Shown: positions 8,871 through 19,148, counted from the stretch's first letter. The stretch: 49,794 nucleotides of DNA from a virus (IMGVR_UViG_3300049200_000031:1-49794), one strand, 5' to 3'. Notes: generated by a model from the sequence alone, not told the origin. Made by a program: numbers and translations.

Positions 8871-8899
8871 TTGACAGGTGGCAATCATTGGTATATCTT
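8871..8899 (+). promoter_or_regulatory. Late promoter PR'
   Basis: TTGACA-17-TATCTT upstream of a terminator and the packaging genes. Confidence 0.7.
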
Positions 8900-8979
8900 C
8901 CGCATCTACAACTTAATTCCGTCAAGATGCACGACGCGGCCGGTTCCCCAGGGGAGCCAGCGGCGTCCCCGGAAGGATC

Positions 8980-9018
8980 GAAGCCCCGCCCCGAAAGGTC
9001 GCGGGGCTTCGTCGTTTA
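8980..9018 (+). terminator. tR'-like terminator
   Basis: CGAAGCCCCG...CGGGGCTTCG stem followed by TCGTTT. Confidence 0.65.
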
Positions 9019-9043
9019 CGCACCACACATCGTGAGGCCAGCC

Positions 9044-9202
9044 ATGACGCAGACGACCAAGCCGACCAAGGAACAGGTCCGCGAGCTCATGGAGCGCCGC
9101 ACGCACGAGGAGAGCCCACCGCCCACGCCGGACGAGATCCGACGTGAGCTGGGCTGGCACCTGATCCCGAGCAACGGGCCGGTGCAGGAGGTGCCCGAGT
9201 AA
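9044..9202 (+). CDS. Small hypothetical protein (52 aa)
   Basis: GAGG RBS; MTQTTKPTKEQVRELM...PPPTPDEIRRELGW. Confidence 0.7.
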   Translation: MTQTTKPTKEQVRELMERRTHEESPPPTPDEIRRELGWHLIPSNGPVQEVPE

Positions 9203-9245
9203 CCAATTTCTCCTTGCTGTTCCCGGATCCTTGGAGAGGATCTTC

Positions 9246-9281
9246 GCCCCGCCCTGCGCAAGCTCGGTGGGGCATTTTTTT
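9246..9281 (+). terminator. Intrinsic terminator
   Basis: GCCCCGCC...GGTGGGGC followed by a T-run. Confidence 0.6.
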
Positions 9282-9322
9282 ACACCAACGAGGGCACCTA
9301 CCCGCAAGGGCGCTGCTACGAC

Positions 9323-9643
9323 ATGGAAACCGAAACACCTAAACCGAAGTTCGGCGGCGCGCAGAAGAATGCCGGCCGCCCCAAGGGCGTCAAGAACAAG
9401 CGAACGCTAGAGCTGCAGGAGGCCGTGGCCACCTCGGGAATCACGCCGCTGGAATTCATGCTCAAGCGGATGCGCGAACCTTGCCCGCCCGGGTATGACC
9501 TGGCCAGGCAGGCGGCGCACGAGGAGAGGCAATTTGCGGCCGCAGTTGCCGCAGCGCCCTATGTGCACGCGAAGCTGTCGGCTGTGCAGGTCAGTGGAGG
9601 CCTGAAGCTGAACCATGAGTCCGCGCTCGATGAGCTTGAGTGA
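9323..9643 (+). CDS. terS: Terminase small subunit
   Basis: GRPKGVKNKRT and AAPYVHAKL motifs; directly upstream of TerL. Confidence 0.8.
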   Translation: METETPKPKFGGAQKNAGRPKGVKNKRTLELQEAVATSGITPLEFMLKRMREPCPPGYDLARQAAHEERQFAAAVAAAPYVHAKLSAVQVSGGLKLNHESALDELE

Positions 9644-11150
9644 GAGAGAAAAGTCAATACGGCGGCGCCTGCGGGACGACTTCCTGCACTACGCGCCCCG
9701 CTGCCTGAAGATCAGGACCAAATCCGGCAAAGTCGTGCCCTTGGCGCTGAACGTGGCGCAGCGGTACATCCACGAGAAGGTCGAAGAGCAGCGCGCAGCC
9801 ACAGGCCGCGTGCGCGCGATCATCCTCAAGGGTCGACAGCAAGGATGCTCCACCTACGTTGAGGGCCGGTTTTACTGGCGCGTGTCGCACAGCAAGGGCG
9901 TGCGCGCCTTCATCCTGACGCACGAGGAAGAGGCCAGCAACAACCTGTTTGAGCTGGCCGACCGGTATCACGAGCACTGCCCCACCCTGGTCAAGCCGAG
10001 CACCAGCGCGTCGAACGCGAAAGAGCTGTTCTTCGATCGCTTGGACTCGGGCTACAAGGTCGGCACCGCCGGCAACAAGGCCGTTGGCCGCAGCTCGACG
10101 GTGCAGCTGTTCCACGGATCGGAGGTCGGGTTCTGGCCGAATGCGCAGATGCACGCCGCCGGCGTGATGCAGGCGATCCCAGACGAGCCAGGTACCGAAG
10201 CGTTCTTGGAATCGACGGCGAACGGCTTGGGCAACTACTTCCACAAGCAGTGGCAGGCAGCCGAGGCAGGCCAGTCAGCGTATATCGCGATTTTCGTTCC
10301 GTGGTACTGGCAGCCGGAATACCAGAAAACGGTGCCGGCCGACTTCGAACTGGACGAGGAAGAGCGCGAGTACCTGGCCGCCTACGGGCTGACGATGGAG
10401 CAGATGGCTTGGCGCCGCGCCAAAATTATCGAGCTGGAGGATCCAATCTTGTTCAAGCAGGAATACCCGGCCACCGCAGCGGAAGCCTTCCAGGTCGCAG
10501 GCCTCGATCCATACGTGAAGCCGGCCACGATCATGGTGGCGCGCAAGGCCACAGCTGAGGGCGTAGGGCCCCGGCATTTGGGCATTGACCCGGCGCGCTT
10601 TGGTGATGACCGCACATCTCTGTGTCTTCGCCAGGGTCGCCGCGTGCACTGGATCCGCAGCTTTTCGAAGAAGGACACGATGCAGGTGGTCGGCATCGTG
10701 AAGATGGCGATCGAAGAGCTGGGGCTGACCACGGAAAAGGATGACCGCGTGTTCATCGACGTGGGCGGCCTGGGCGCCGGTGTGTACGACCGACTGCTTG
10801 AACTGGTCGACCGTCGGTTGCTGGTGGCTGTGAACAGCGGCGAAGCGCCACTTGACGCGAAGAAGTACAAAAACAAGCGCGCTGAAATGTGGGGGCTGAC
10901 AAACGAGTGGCTGAAGAATCAGCCGGCGCAGGTGCCAGACAGCGACGAACTGCACGCCGATCTCACTCAGATCCGCTACAGCTACGACAGCAACAGCGCC
11001 TTGGTCATGGAAAGCAAGAAGGAAATGAAAAAACGCGGCCTTCGGTCGCCAGACACCGCCGACGCCCTGGGCCTGACGTTCGCGCGGCCACCGGCGCCAA
11101 AATCCGACTGGGACAAACCGTTGGAAATCAACAGGAGCTACGTGAAATGA
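9630..11150 (+). CDS. terL: Terminase large subunit
   Basis: KGRQQGCST Walker A, FHGSE Walker B, ESTANG coupling motif, GIDPARFGDD and SPDTADAL nuclease motifs (start could be 9615). Confidence 0.95.
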   Translation: MSLSEREKSIRRRLRDDFLHYAPRCLKIRTKSGKVVPLALNVAQRYIHEKVEEQRAATGRVRAIILKGRQQGCSTYVEGRFYWRVSHSKGVRAFILTHEEEASNNLFELADRYHEHCPTLVKPSTSASNAKELFFDRLDSGYKVGTAGNKAVGRSSTVQLFHGSEVGFWPNAQMHAAGVMQAIPDEPGTEAFLESTANGLGNYFHKQWQAAEAGQSAYIAIFVPWYWQPEYQKTVPADFELDEEEREYLAAYGLTMEQMAWRRAKIIELEDPILFKQEYPATAAEAFQVAGLDPYVKPATIMVARKATAEGVGPRHLGIDPARFGDDRTSLCLRQGRRVHWIRSFSKKDTMQVVGIVKMAIEELGLTTEKDDRVFIDVGGLGAGVYDRLLELVDRRLLVAVNSGEAPLDAKKYKNKRAEMWGLTNEWLKNQPAQVPDSDELHADLTQIRYSYDSNSALVMESKKEMKKRGLRSPDTADALGLTFARPPAPKSDWDKPLEINRSYVK

Positions 11151-11338
11151 AGAAGCAAAAAGCAGAAGCGCCGGCGCAAGTCGAGACAGTCGATAGCCCG
11201 ATGCAGGCCTATGCCATGCGTATCTGGGAGGGGCAATCGGTCAGCCTGTCGCACGGCGAGCGCGTTGCTCGCGTCAAGGCTGCGCTCATCGAGCAGGCCT
11301 TCGACATCACTGACCTGCAACTGCCAGCGAGCGACTAG
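11147..11338 (+). CDS. Hypothetical protein (63 aa)
   Basis: ATGA coupling to terL; abuts portal start. Confidence 0.6.
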   Translation: MKKQKAEAPAQVETVDSPMQAYAMRIWEGQSVSLSHGERVARVKAALIEQAFDITDLQLPASD

Positions 11339-13734
11339 TGGCCAAACCAACGAAGCTCACCGGCACCGACCTGCTCGCGATCATCCGCGCGCACCGCGAG
11401 GATTCGCTGGGCGTCGAGGATGGCGACCTGTCGGACGACCGCGCCAAGGCGATGGACCACTACCATGGCCGCCCCTATGGCAATGAGCAGGAGGGCCGTA
11501 GCGCCATCGTCAGCCGCGACCTGGCCGAAGCCATCGACTGGGCCATGCCGGCAATCATGCGCGTGTTCACGCAGTCCGGTAGCCTTGGTGAGTTCGACCC
11601 TGTTGGCCCGGACGACGAAGACGCCGCCACGCAGGAAAGCGACTACGTCAACCAGGTGATCATGAAGGACAACCCTGGCTTCATCCTGTTGCACGACGCG
11701 ATCAAAGACACGCTGCTGCTGAAAAATGGCTACGTGAAGCACAACTGGGATGTGGCAACTAAGATCACCGAGGACGAATACTCAGGGCTGACCATGGACG
11801 AAATCGCCCAGATGGTCACGAAGCTTGAGCAGTCCGGCGCCAAGGTCGAGGTCAGCGCCGCCGAGGCCACGCAGGTGACCATGCAAACGCCTGGCGGCCC
11901 GATGCCGATCGAGCTATGGTCCCTGCGCCTGAAGGTGACGCGCAAGAAGGGAAAAGTCTGCATCGAGGCTGTTCCGACCGAGGAAGTGCGCGTATCGAAA
12001 CGCTGCCGTGGCACCCTGCAAGAATCCCCATTCACCGAGCACGTTACCCGAAAGACGCGCTCCGACCTGATCGAAATGGGCATGCCGCACGACTTTGTCG
12101 ACAGCCTGGCCGCGTTCAACGAGCGCGACAACAGCACGCAGTCCTTCGCGCGCGACTCCGTTGCGGACGAGAGCGATACCACCGACGGCGGCGCGACCGG
12201 CGATCGCTCGATGGATGAAATCGAGTACTGCGAGGCCTATTTGAAGGTGGATTGGGACGGCGACGGCATCGCCGAGCTGCGCAAGGTCGTTACCGTTTCC
12301 GAGAAGCTGCCGCCAGGCGATGAATGGAACGAGCCGATCAGTGCCGTGCCGATGACATCATTCATGGCCAAGCGCATGCCGCACCGCCACGTTGGCGAAT
12401 CGCTGGACGATGAGCTGGCCGACCTGCAGGAAATTAAAACCGTTCTGCTTCGCCAGCTGCTCGACAACATTTACCTGACCAATAACAACCAGTGGTTGGT
12501 CAACGAGCGCGTCAACATCAAGGACTTCATGACATCGCTGCCTGGCGGCGTGAAGCGCGTCTCAGGCAATGAGCCGGTGCTTGGCGCCGCAGAGCCGATC
12601 ATGTCCACGCCGATTGTCGGGCAGATCTTGCCAGTGGTCGACTACATGGACAACATCAAGGAGGGGCGCACCGGCATATCGCGCTCCATGACGGGCCTCG
12701 ATCCTGACACGCTCAAGCAGAGCACCAAGGGCGCCTTTCTTGAGAACCTGAACCGCGCCAGCCAGAAGATGGAGATGATCACCCGCATGCTGGCCGAAAC
12801 CGGCGTTAAGGAGCTGGTGCTGCAGGTGCACGCGCTGCTGATGCGCCACCAGGACAAGCCGCGCGTGGTCCAAATGCGCGGCAAGTGGGTGCAGATCAAC
12901 CCGCAGGAATGGCAGGATCGCACGGACATGACGGCTAAGGTCGGCTTAGGCACCGGCAACGAAGAGGAGCGGCGCCAGAAGTTGCTCCTGGTGTCGTCGC
13001 TGCAAGACAAGCTCGCCGCCGCCGGCCTGGTCGATCCGAAGCACGCCTATGCGATGTTCGCGGAACTGGCCGAGACGCTGGGCTTTGACCAGCCTGACCG
13101 CTTCGCCCTGTCGCCTGACAGTCCAGAATTCCAGCAGAAGATGGCAAATCAGAAGCCGCCGCCGAATCCGATGGTCGAGGTTGAGCAGGTCAAGGGGCAA
13201 ATCCACCTGCAAGGCAAACAGATGGACGCTCAGACGCAGCAGCAGGAAACAGCCGCCAAGCTGCAATACGAGCGCGAGAAGTGTGAGATTGAGGCTCAGG
13301 CAGCGGCTCAAATCGAGCAGATTAGGCACCACTACGAGTCAATCGAGGCCGCGCGAAAAGATGATCTGGAGCGCTGGAAGGTCGAGACACAGGAGCAGAC
13401 AAAGATTGTGCTTTCCGAGATGTCAGGCGCGCAGGCCGTCAAGACAGCATCCATGTCAGCCAATGCATCCGACCAGGACAACCCAATGGAGCTGGACGAG
13501 CATGGCCAGCAGCGCCCGCGCGCATCGCTCGCCGCACTGGTCGAGACCGTGAATCAGTCGCTCGAGCAGGTGTTCGCCACGCAAAGCGACCTGGCGCAGC
13601 GTCACGAAATGCTGGCCGCCGAAATGCGCGAGCCCAAGCCGGTGCAGGTCGATTACGGGCCGGACGGCAAGATCGCTGCAGTGAACGGGCGAGCAATTGT
13701 TCGCAATAGACCAATGCCACAGGAGGGCATGTAA
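11338..13734 (+). CDS. Portal protein, P22-like with long Gln-rich C-terminal extension
   Basis: 798 aa after TerL; GRSAIVSRD, HDAIKDTLLLKNG, PHRHVGES and VGLGTG motifs of podovirus portals. Confidence 0.9.
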   Translation: MAKPTKLTGTDLLAIIRAHREDSLGVEDGDLSDDRAKAMDHYHGRPYGNEQEGRSAIVSRDLAEAIDWAMPAIMRVFTQSGSLGEFDPVGPDDEDAATQESDYVNQVIMKDNPGFILLHDAIKDTLLLKNGYVKHNWDVATKITEDEYSGLTMDEIAQMVTKLEQSGAKVEVSAAEATQVTMQTPGGPMPIELWSLRLKVTRKKGKVCIEAVPTEEVRVSKRCRGTLQESPFTEHVTRKTRSDLIEMGMPHDFVDSLAAFNERDNSTQSFARDSVADESDTTDGGATGDRSMDEIEYCEAYLKVDWDGDGIAELRKVVTVSEKLPPGDEWNEPISAVPMTSFMAKRMPHRHVGESLDDELADLQEIKTVLLRQLLDNIYLTNNNQWLVNERVNIKDFMTSLPGGVKRVSGNEPVLGAAEPIMSTPIVGQILPVVDYMDNIKEGRTGISRSMTGLDPDTLKQSTKGAFLENLNRASQKMEMITRMLAETGVKELVLQVHALLMRHQDKPRVVQMRGKWVQINPQEWQDRTDMTAKVGLGTGNEEERRQKLLLVSSLQDKLAAAGLVDPKHAYAMFAELAETLGFDQPDRFALSPDSPEFQQKMANQKPPPNPMVEVEQVKGQIHLQGKQMDAQTQQQETAAKLQYEREKCEIEAQAAAQIEQIRHHYESIEAARKDDLERWKVETQEQTKIVLSEMSGAQAVKTASMSANASDQDNPMELDEHGQQRPRASLAALVETVNQSLEQVFATQSDLAQRHEMLAAEMREPKPVQVDYGPDGKIAAVNGRAIVRNRPMPQEGM

Positions 13735-14045
13735 TGACGCGCACCCTTCGAGTTGACAACGTAACTAACGGCGGTGGCGCGGTCAACATTGGCATAACCG
13801 CGTCGAATACCACACTTCCTGGCACGCCAAGTAAGCAGGGTTTTCGCTTCAGTTCGAAAGCCGAGATGACCGCGGCGATTCAAGCGTTTGAGAACGGCCT
13901 GACCGATGAGCAATTGCTGTTCTTCCTGATCTCGCTCGCGTACAAGCAAGACAACACGCTCACTCTCGCAACGCTGCAATCGATGATCGGCAAGACGGTG
14001 GCTCTGTCGCTCACGAGCGGCGCCCAACTTATCAAGGTGACCTGA
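13734..14045 (+). CDS. Hypothetical virion-operon protein
   Basis: TAATG coupling to portal. Confidence 0.7.
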   Translation: MTRTLRVDNVTNGGGAVNIGITASNTTLPGTPSKQGFRFSSKAEMTAAIQAFENGLTDEQLLFFLISLAYKQDNTLTLATLQSMIGKTVALSLTSGAQLIKVT

Positions 14046-15163
14046 TGACTGCCGCCGCTCTCAATGCCCCAGTCCCTTGGATGCCGTTCTTGCCTGGCAT
14101 GTCGGTGGTTGCCGCAACGCTTGGCTCAGACTCTACGTTCACGTTTAACGGCGCTGCCGACAAGATGGCTTTTGTGTTTCAAGCCTCCAGCACGACGCCG
14201 CCGGATACGGTTAAATTCCGGTGCACTTCATATACGAGCACCGGGACGATTGACGCAACGCTTGAAACGCTGGACAACACGACCGGCTTCCCGAGTGGAA
14301 CGCCAGTCACGAACAGCGCAACGGGCAGTGTGTCGGTTGCATCGACCGGGACAAAGACCTGTACAGGGCTGGCTGGCACCGCAGCGCTAGTGGTCGGTAC
14401 GAAATACGCGCTTGTTCTTACTGCGACAGGTGGATTCGCCGGCAATTTTGCAGTCTTGCGCACGACGGGAACAAATGGCGGCATCGGATCGCCATACTCC
14501 TTGACCAAGGATTCGGCAGGCGCGTGGACGAAGGCGGGAACGACAAATTGCGGATTTGCCGTTGGTTTCTTTACGGCAGGCGGAGCGAGCATTCACATGC
14601 CAGGATTCGCAGGCGCGTACACGGCAACGCTTCAGACCTATTCCGACTCTACGAATCCGGACGAGCGCGGCAACCGCTTTACTCTTTCAGTTCCAGCTAC
14701 ATGCTACGGAGTCGTAACGTACTGCAATGCCGGATCAACGCCAGCGGACATCAATAGCTACACCGCTGCGCTGTATTCGAGCCACACATCAGGCTCGCCA
14801 TCGTCCCTCGCATCGCAGGCATTCGATGGGGATAATGATTCGGCAAACGCGATGCATGTTCTGTTGTTCGACACGCCGGTGGACCTGAGCGCAAACACCG
14901 TGTACGCAATCGCGATCAAAGCAACATCGACAGGTGGCGTCAATTGCCTGAAGCACACGTATGCCACCGCTGCAGAGCTCGGGTGCTATTTGGATGACAA
15001 CGTCTATTCGACCGCCAGAAATAACGGCAGTGGCGCTTTTACGGACACCAACACCGATGTTTATGGCGTCTATCCGCTGCTGAGCAAGCTTGACGACGGC
15101 GCAGGTGGTGCGGGTGGTGGGCTTATTCGGCACCCTGGAATGAATGGAGGCCTGAATGGCTAA
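14045..15163 (+). CDS. Thr/Ser/Gly-rich beta-strand protein, putative head fibre/decoration
   Basis: Composition; two repeated beta-sandwich-like halves; coupled in late operon. Confidence 0.6.
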   Translation: MTAAALNAPVPWMPFLPGMSVVAATLGSDSTFTFNGAADKMAFVFQASSTTPPDTVKFRCTSYTSTGTIDATLETLDNTTGFPSGTPVTNSATGSVSVASTGTKTCTGLAGTAALVVGTKYALVLTATGGFAGNFAVLRTTGTNGGIGSPYSLTKDSAGAWTKAGTTNCGFAVGFFTAGGASIHMPGFAGAYTATLQTYSDSTNPDERGNRFTLSVPATCYGVVTYCNAGSTPADINSYTAALYSSHTSGSPSSLASQAFDGDNDSANAMHVLLFDTPVDLSANTVYAIAIKATSTGGVNCLKHTYATAAELGCYLDDNVYSTARNNGSGAFTDTNTDVYGVYPLLSKLDDGAGGAGGGLIRHPGMNGGLNG

Positions 15164-16352
15164 GCAGCAAATCAAGGCGGGCTTCACCGATTACACGACA
15201 CTGGTATTCATCCCTGACCCAGCCAGCACGGACGGAAGCGGGAAGACCGGTCTTGTTGCTGCAAACCTTACGGTATCCGGCGTGCGCGTCGAAACTGACA
15301 ACGATGTGACTGTGACCGATTACACGTCCTCGCTCAACAACCTGGCCGCGTTGACTACGGCACACACGGATTGGGGCTTGCTTGAGGTTAGCAGCACGCT
15401 CGCGCCTGGTCTGTATCGGCTTGACATCGCGGACGCGATCTTTGCCGCTGGCGCATGGTCCGCTGTCGTCTACGTGATGATCACAACCAGCGCCGCAGCG
15501 GCCTCCCCAATGGAATTTACTCTGGTGGCCCACGACATCAACGACGGCGTGCGCATGGGTCTGACCGCGTTGCCGAACGCCGCTGCCGACGCTGCCGGCG
15601 GCCTGGTCATTAGCGATGCGGGCGGCCTGGACGCGGATGCCCAGCGCGCCGATGTGGCCGCGATCTTGGTAGACACCGGGACGACGCTTGACGCTCGCAT
15701 CCCCGCCGCCCTGGTCGGTGGCCGTATGGATGCCAGCGTGGGCGCCATGGCTGCAAACGTACAGACTGCCGCCTCCACGGCTGCGGATTATGTGACCGAG
15801 TTGCAGGCTGGGCTGTCAACGCTTGACGCGGCTGGCGTGCGTACCGCCGTGGGCTTGGCAAGCGCGAACCTCGACACGCAACTGGCGGCCATCGCCGGGT
15901 ATATCGACACGGAGGTAGGGACGCTACAGACGACGGCGACAGCGATCAAGGCAGTAACCGACGTGCTGCCGAACGCTGGCGCCCTGACCACGATTCAGTC
16001 TGACCTGGACAACATCCAGACCAGAATCCCGGCAGCGCTGACGGCGGGCGGCAACATGAAATCCGACATGCTGGCGATCAGCGGAAGCACGACGGCAGCC
16101 GACAATCTGGAAGGTGGCGGGCTCGGCCTGGTCGTCAGCACGTGCGCGGCAGGCGGCACGACGACCTCGATTGTCACGAATCTGACCGAGGCGACGGACG
16201 ACCACTACAACGGGCGCGTGATCACTTTCACGAGCGGCGCTTTGGCCGGCCAGACGACAAGCATCAGCGATTACGTTGGTGCGACCAAGACGCTGACGGT
16301 CGTCGCGTTGACTGAGGCACCGGCTGACACCGACGGGTTTGTGATTTCATGA
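15156..16352 (+). CDS. Ala/Thr-rich putative fibre/minor virion protein
   Basis: Beta N-domain, helical repeats (RIPAALxxG twice), C-terminal DDHYNGRVITFTSG domain. Confidence 0.6.
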   Translation: MAKQQIKAGFTDYTTLVFIPDPASTDGSGKTGLVAANLTVSGVRVETDNDVTVTDYTSSLNNLAALTTAHTDWGLLEVSSTLAPGLYRLDIADAIFAAGAWSAVVYVMITTSAAAASPMEFTLVAHDINDGVRMGLTALPNAAADAAGGLVISDAGGLDADAQRADVAAILVDTGTTLDARIPAALVGGRMDASVGAMAANVQTAASTAADYVTELQAGLSTLDAAGVRTAVGLASANLDTQLAAIAGYIDTEVGTLQTTATAIKAVTDVLPNAGALTTIQSDLDNIQTRIPAALTAGGNMKSDMLAISGSTTAADNLEGGGLGLVVSTCAAGGTTTSIVTNLTEATDDHYNGRVITFTSGALAGQTTSISDYVGATKTLTVVALTEAPADTDGFVIS

Positions 16353-16765
16353 GCACGACACGCCTTGGCCAGGCCGGCATAGGCGTCAAGGCGTACGGCA
16401 CATTTCTCCCAAAGGGCGCCAGCGAAGAAGAGGAAGTAGTTGACCACCGCCGCTACCGCCGCAAATACATCGTGCGGCGCAAGGATGAGCTGTTCGTCTT
16501 TGACGACCCGTTCGAGGCGCAGGCTTTCGAAGCGCAGGGCAAGCCACAGCTGGTAGCCCCGATCGGAAAAGGACCGCGCCGAACGCCTAAGTTGGTGAAG
16601 TCGCCGGCGCCCATCTCTATTCCAGCTGTCGTTCGAGCGGCGCCGGATGGTGCGCGGGCCCAGATGGAAAAGCTGATTGCAGAGGCCCAGTACGCGCGCC
16701 TGTTGGATATGGTCGCGGAACTGGAAGAAGAAGACGAACTTGAATTGATCCTCCTGAACCTATGA
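16349..16765 (+). CDS. Hypothetical protein with acidic EEEDELELILL tail
   Basis: Coupled ORF. Confidence 0.7.
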   Translation: MSTTRLGQAGIGVKAYGTFLPKGASEEEEVVDHRRYRRKYIVRRKDELFVFDDPFEAQAFEAQGKPQLVAPIGKGPRRTPKLVKSPAPISIPAVVRAAPDGARAQMEKLIAEAQYARLLDMVAELEEEDELELILLNL

Positions 16766-17049
16766 GCACACCTGAAGACCGTCGCATTCGCGGCAATGAC
16801 GCGCGCCACCTGTTGGACAACGCCCTGCTGAAGGAGGCGTTTGCTGCAGTGGGCGAATACATCGACAACCAGGCGCTTTCCTGCCCGCCGGACGACGCCG
16901 CGCGCGCCCAGCGCATCGTGATCTCAAAGCAGCTGATGGCGGCCATCAAGCGCGAGATTGTGCGCGTGGTCGAGGATGGCGACGTGGCCGAGGTCCAGAT
17001 CGACATGCTCGAGAAGGCGCGCGGCCTGCGCGGCCTAATCCGACGATAG
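16762..17049 (+). CDS. Conserved small head-module protein
   Basis: RGxxAxxLLDNxLLKEAF motif usually found between portal and scaffold. Confidence 0.75.
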   Translation: MSTPEDRRIRGNDARHLLDNALLKEAFAAVGEYIDNQALSCPPDDAARAQRIVISKQLMAAIKREIVRVVEDGDVAEVQIDMLEKARGLRGLIRR

Positions 17050-17069
17050 CAGCACCAATTTTCTAACCG

Positions 17070-17101
17070 AAGCCCGCCACTGAGCGGGCTTCTTCTTTTT
17101 T
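17070..17101 (+). terminator. Intrinsic terminator
   Basis: AAGCCCGC-CACTGA-GCGGGCTT followed by a T-rich tail. Confidence 0.65.
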
Positions 17102-17111
17102 GGAGTGGTAA

Positions 17112-18167
17112 ATGAGCGTTGAGAACCCTACCGGTGGCGACACTGGCGCAAGTATCACCGACCGACTGGAGAGTTTCCTGTCTGCTGGCGATTCCCCAGA
17201 ACCGAAGCAAAAGGCGCAGCAAGCCGACACCGGCAGCGATGCCGACGACGAAGCCGCTCCTGAAACGAATGCAGACGCAACCGCCGATCAACCTGACAGC
17301 GATGGCCAGGGCGATGACGGCGAGCCGCAGCTCTCTACTGCCGACCTGGCCAAGTATCTCGGTGTTGATGAATCCGCGCTCGACGTGGATGCCGACGGCA
17401 ACGCCGTCATCAAGACCAAGATCGACGGCAAGGACGGTGCTGCCAAGCTCGCCGACATGCTCAAGTCCTACCAATTGCAGGGGCACGTCGACAACAAAGC
17501 CCGCGAAGTTGCGGCACAGCAGCAAGCCATTCAGCAGCAGGCCGCAGAGGCAAGCCAGGCGGTAACCGCAAGGTTGAACAAGCTGGACCAGGTCGTAGAG
17601 ATCGCCAACAGGGAACTGATGCGCGATTTTGAAAGCGTGGACTGGCAATACTTGCGCACGAACGACCCGGGCGAGTACTCGGCGCGGCTGGCCGATTTCC
17701 AGTCGCGCAAGCAGCAGCTTGATTATGCCGTCCAGCAGGGCCAGAACGAGCGCCACGCGCTGCAATCGCAGAGCAGCGAGAAGGCGCAAGCGTTCTTGAA
17801 TCAGGAGCGCCAGCGCCTTCCTGAGCTGATTCCTGAGTGGCAGGACGAGGCCGTGGCCAACAAGGAGCGGCTGGACATCAAGTCATGGGCCATGAAAAAC
17901 GGCTTCTCCGAGGCCGAATTGAATGGCATATCGAGCAGCACGACTGTGGTCGCATTGCGCAAGGCAATGTTCTACGACCAGCTGCAGGGGTCGAAAGCAG
18001 CCATCGAAAACAAGGTACGCACGGCGCCGAAGCTGGTCAAGGCCGGCCAGGCGCAGCAAGTTTCCCGCGAGCAGCACAACGTTCGCACCCTCAAAAACAA
18101 CGTTCGCAGTTCCGGTGGCAAGACAGGCGATGTCGTCGCTCTGCTCCTCGCTTCCGGAAAAGTCTAA
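17112..18167 (+). CDS. Scaffolding protein
   Basis: Acidic N-terminus, coiled coil, VDWxxLRxxDPxEY motif, basic C-terminus; precedes capsid gene. Confidence 0.85.
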   Translation: MSVENPTGGDTGASITDRLESFLSAGDSPEPKQKAQQADTGSDADDEAAPETNADATADQPDSDGQGDDGEPQLSTADLAKYLGVDESALDVDADGNAVIKTKIDGKDGAAKLADMLKSYQLQGHVDNKAREVAAQQQAIQQQAAEASQAVTARLNKLDQVVEIANRELMRDFESVDWQYLRTNDPGEYSARLADFQSRKQQLDYAVQQGQNERHALQSQSSEKAQAFLNQERQRLPELIPEWQDEAVANKERLDIKSWAMKNGFSEAELNGISSSTTVVALRKAMFYDQLQGSKAAIENKVRTAPKLVKAGQAQQVSREQHNVRTLKNNVRSSGGKTGDVVALLLASGKV

Positions 18168-18182
18168 CTTTAGGAGTTCGCC

Positions 18183-19130
18183 ATGACACAGCCAACCAAT
18201 ACTTTCTCGTCCTACGATGCAGTGGGCAACCGCGAAGACCTGTCCGACATCATTTACGACATTTCGCCAACCGAAACCCCATTCCTGAGCGCGCTGGAAC
18301 GGGTCAAATCGACCAGCACCAAGCACGAATGGCAAAAGGATGCGCTCGCTGCCGCCTCGGCCACTAACTTCGTGATCGAGGGCGACGACGCCACCACCGA
18401 CGCATCGACCGCCACCAGCCGCATCTACAACTACTGCGCGATCTCCGACAAGGTGGCCCGCGTCACCGGCACCCAGGAAGGTGTATCGAAGGCCGGCCGT
18501 CGCTCCGAAATGGCGTACCAGATGCAGAAACGCATGAAGGAACTGAAGCGCGACGTTGAAGCGGCTCTGCTGGAAAACAATGCCTACGTCGCCGGCAATG
18601 ACACGCTGGCGCGGGAATGTGCCGGTGTCCAGGCCTACATCAAGACCAACATCAGCAAAGCGGCTGACGCGACGGCGCCGACCGGCGACGGCTCGGACGG
18701 CCACACCGACGGCACCGCGCGCGCGCTGCAGGAATCGTTTGTGGAAGCAGCCCTGGCGCTGGCTTGGTCGAGCGGCGGCAACCCGACCATGGGCATTCTG
18801 AACGCTTTCCAGAAGCGCAAGGCGGCCCAGTTCTCTGGTTCGTCGTCCAAGACCTCGGATGGCGACAAGAAGAAGGTCGTCAACTCGGTCGACATCTACA
18901 TCGACCCACTGGGCAACGAAATCCGCTTCGTTCCTTGCCGCCAGGTGCCGGCCGACGTCATCCACATGTTCGACATGGAATACGTGAAGTTTGCCCCGCT
19001 GCGCGACTTCAAGACCATCGACCTGGCCAAGACGGGCGACAGCGAGCGCAAGCAGATCCTCGTGGAATACACGCTGGAAATGTGCAACGAGGCTGCTCAC
19101 GCCTCCGTCTACGACCTCGCAACGTCGTAA
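18183..19130 (+). CDS. Major capsid protein (DUF5309/SU10-like)
   Basis: GNREDLSDIIYDISPTETPF, HEWQKDAL, ELKRDVE, LAKTGDSE motifs. Confidence 0.92.
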   Translation: MTQPTNTFSSYDAVGNREDLSDIIYDISPTETPFLSALERVKSTSTKHEWQKDALAAASATNFVIEGDDATTDASTATSRIYNYCAISDKVARVTGTQEGVSKAGRRSEMAYQMQKRMKELKRDVEAALLENNAYVAGNDTLARECAGVQAYIKTNISKAADATAPTGDGSDGHTDGTARALQESFVEAALALAWSSGGNPTMGILNAFQKRKAAQFSGSSSKTSDGDKKKVVNSVDIYIDPLGNEIRFVPCRQVPADVIHMFDMEYVKFAPLRDFKTIDLAKTGDSERKQILVEYTLEMCNEAAHASVYDLATS

Positions 19131-19148
19131 TCTACCCTGCGCAGCACG

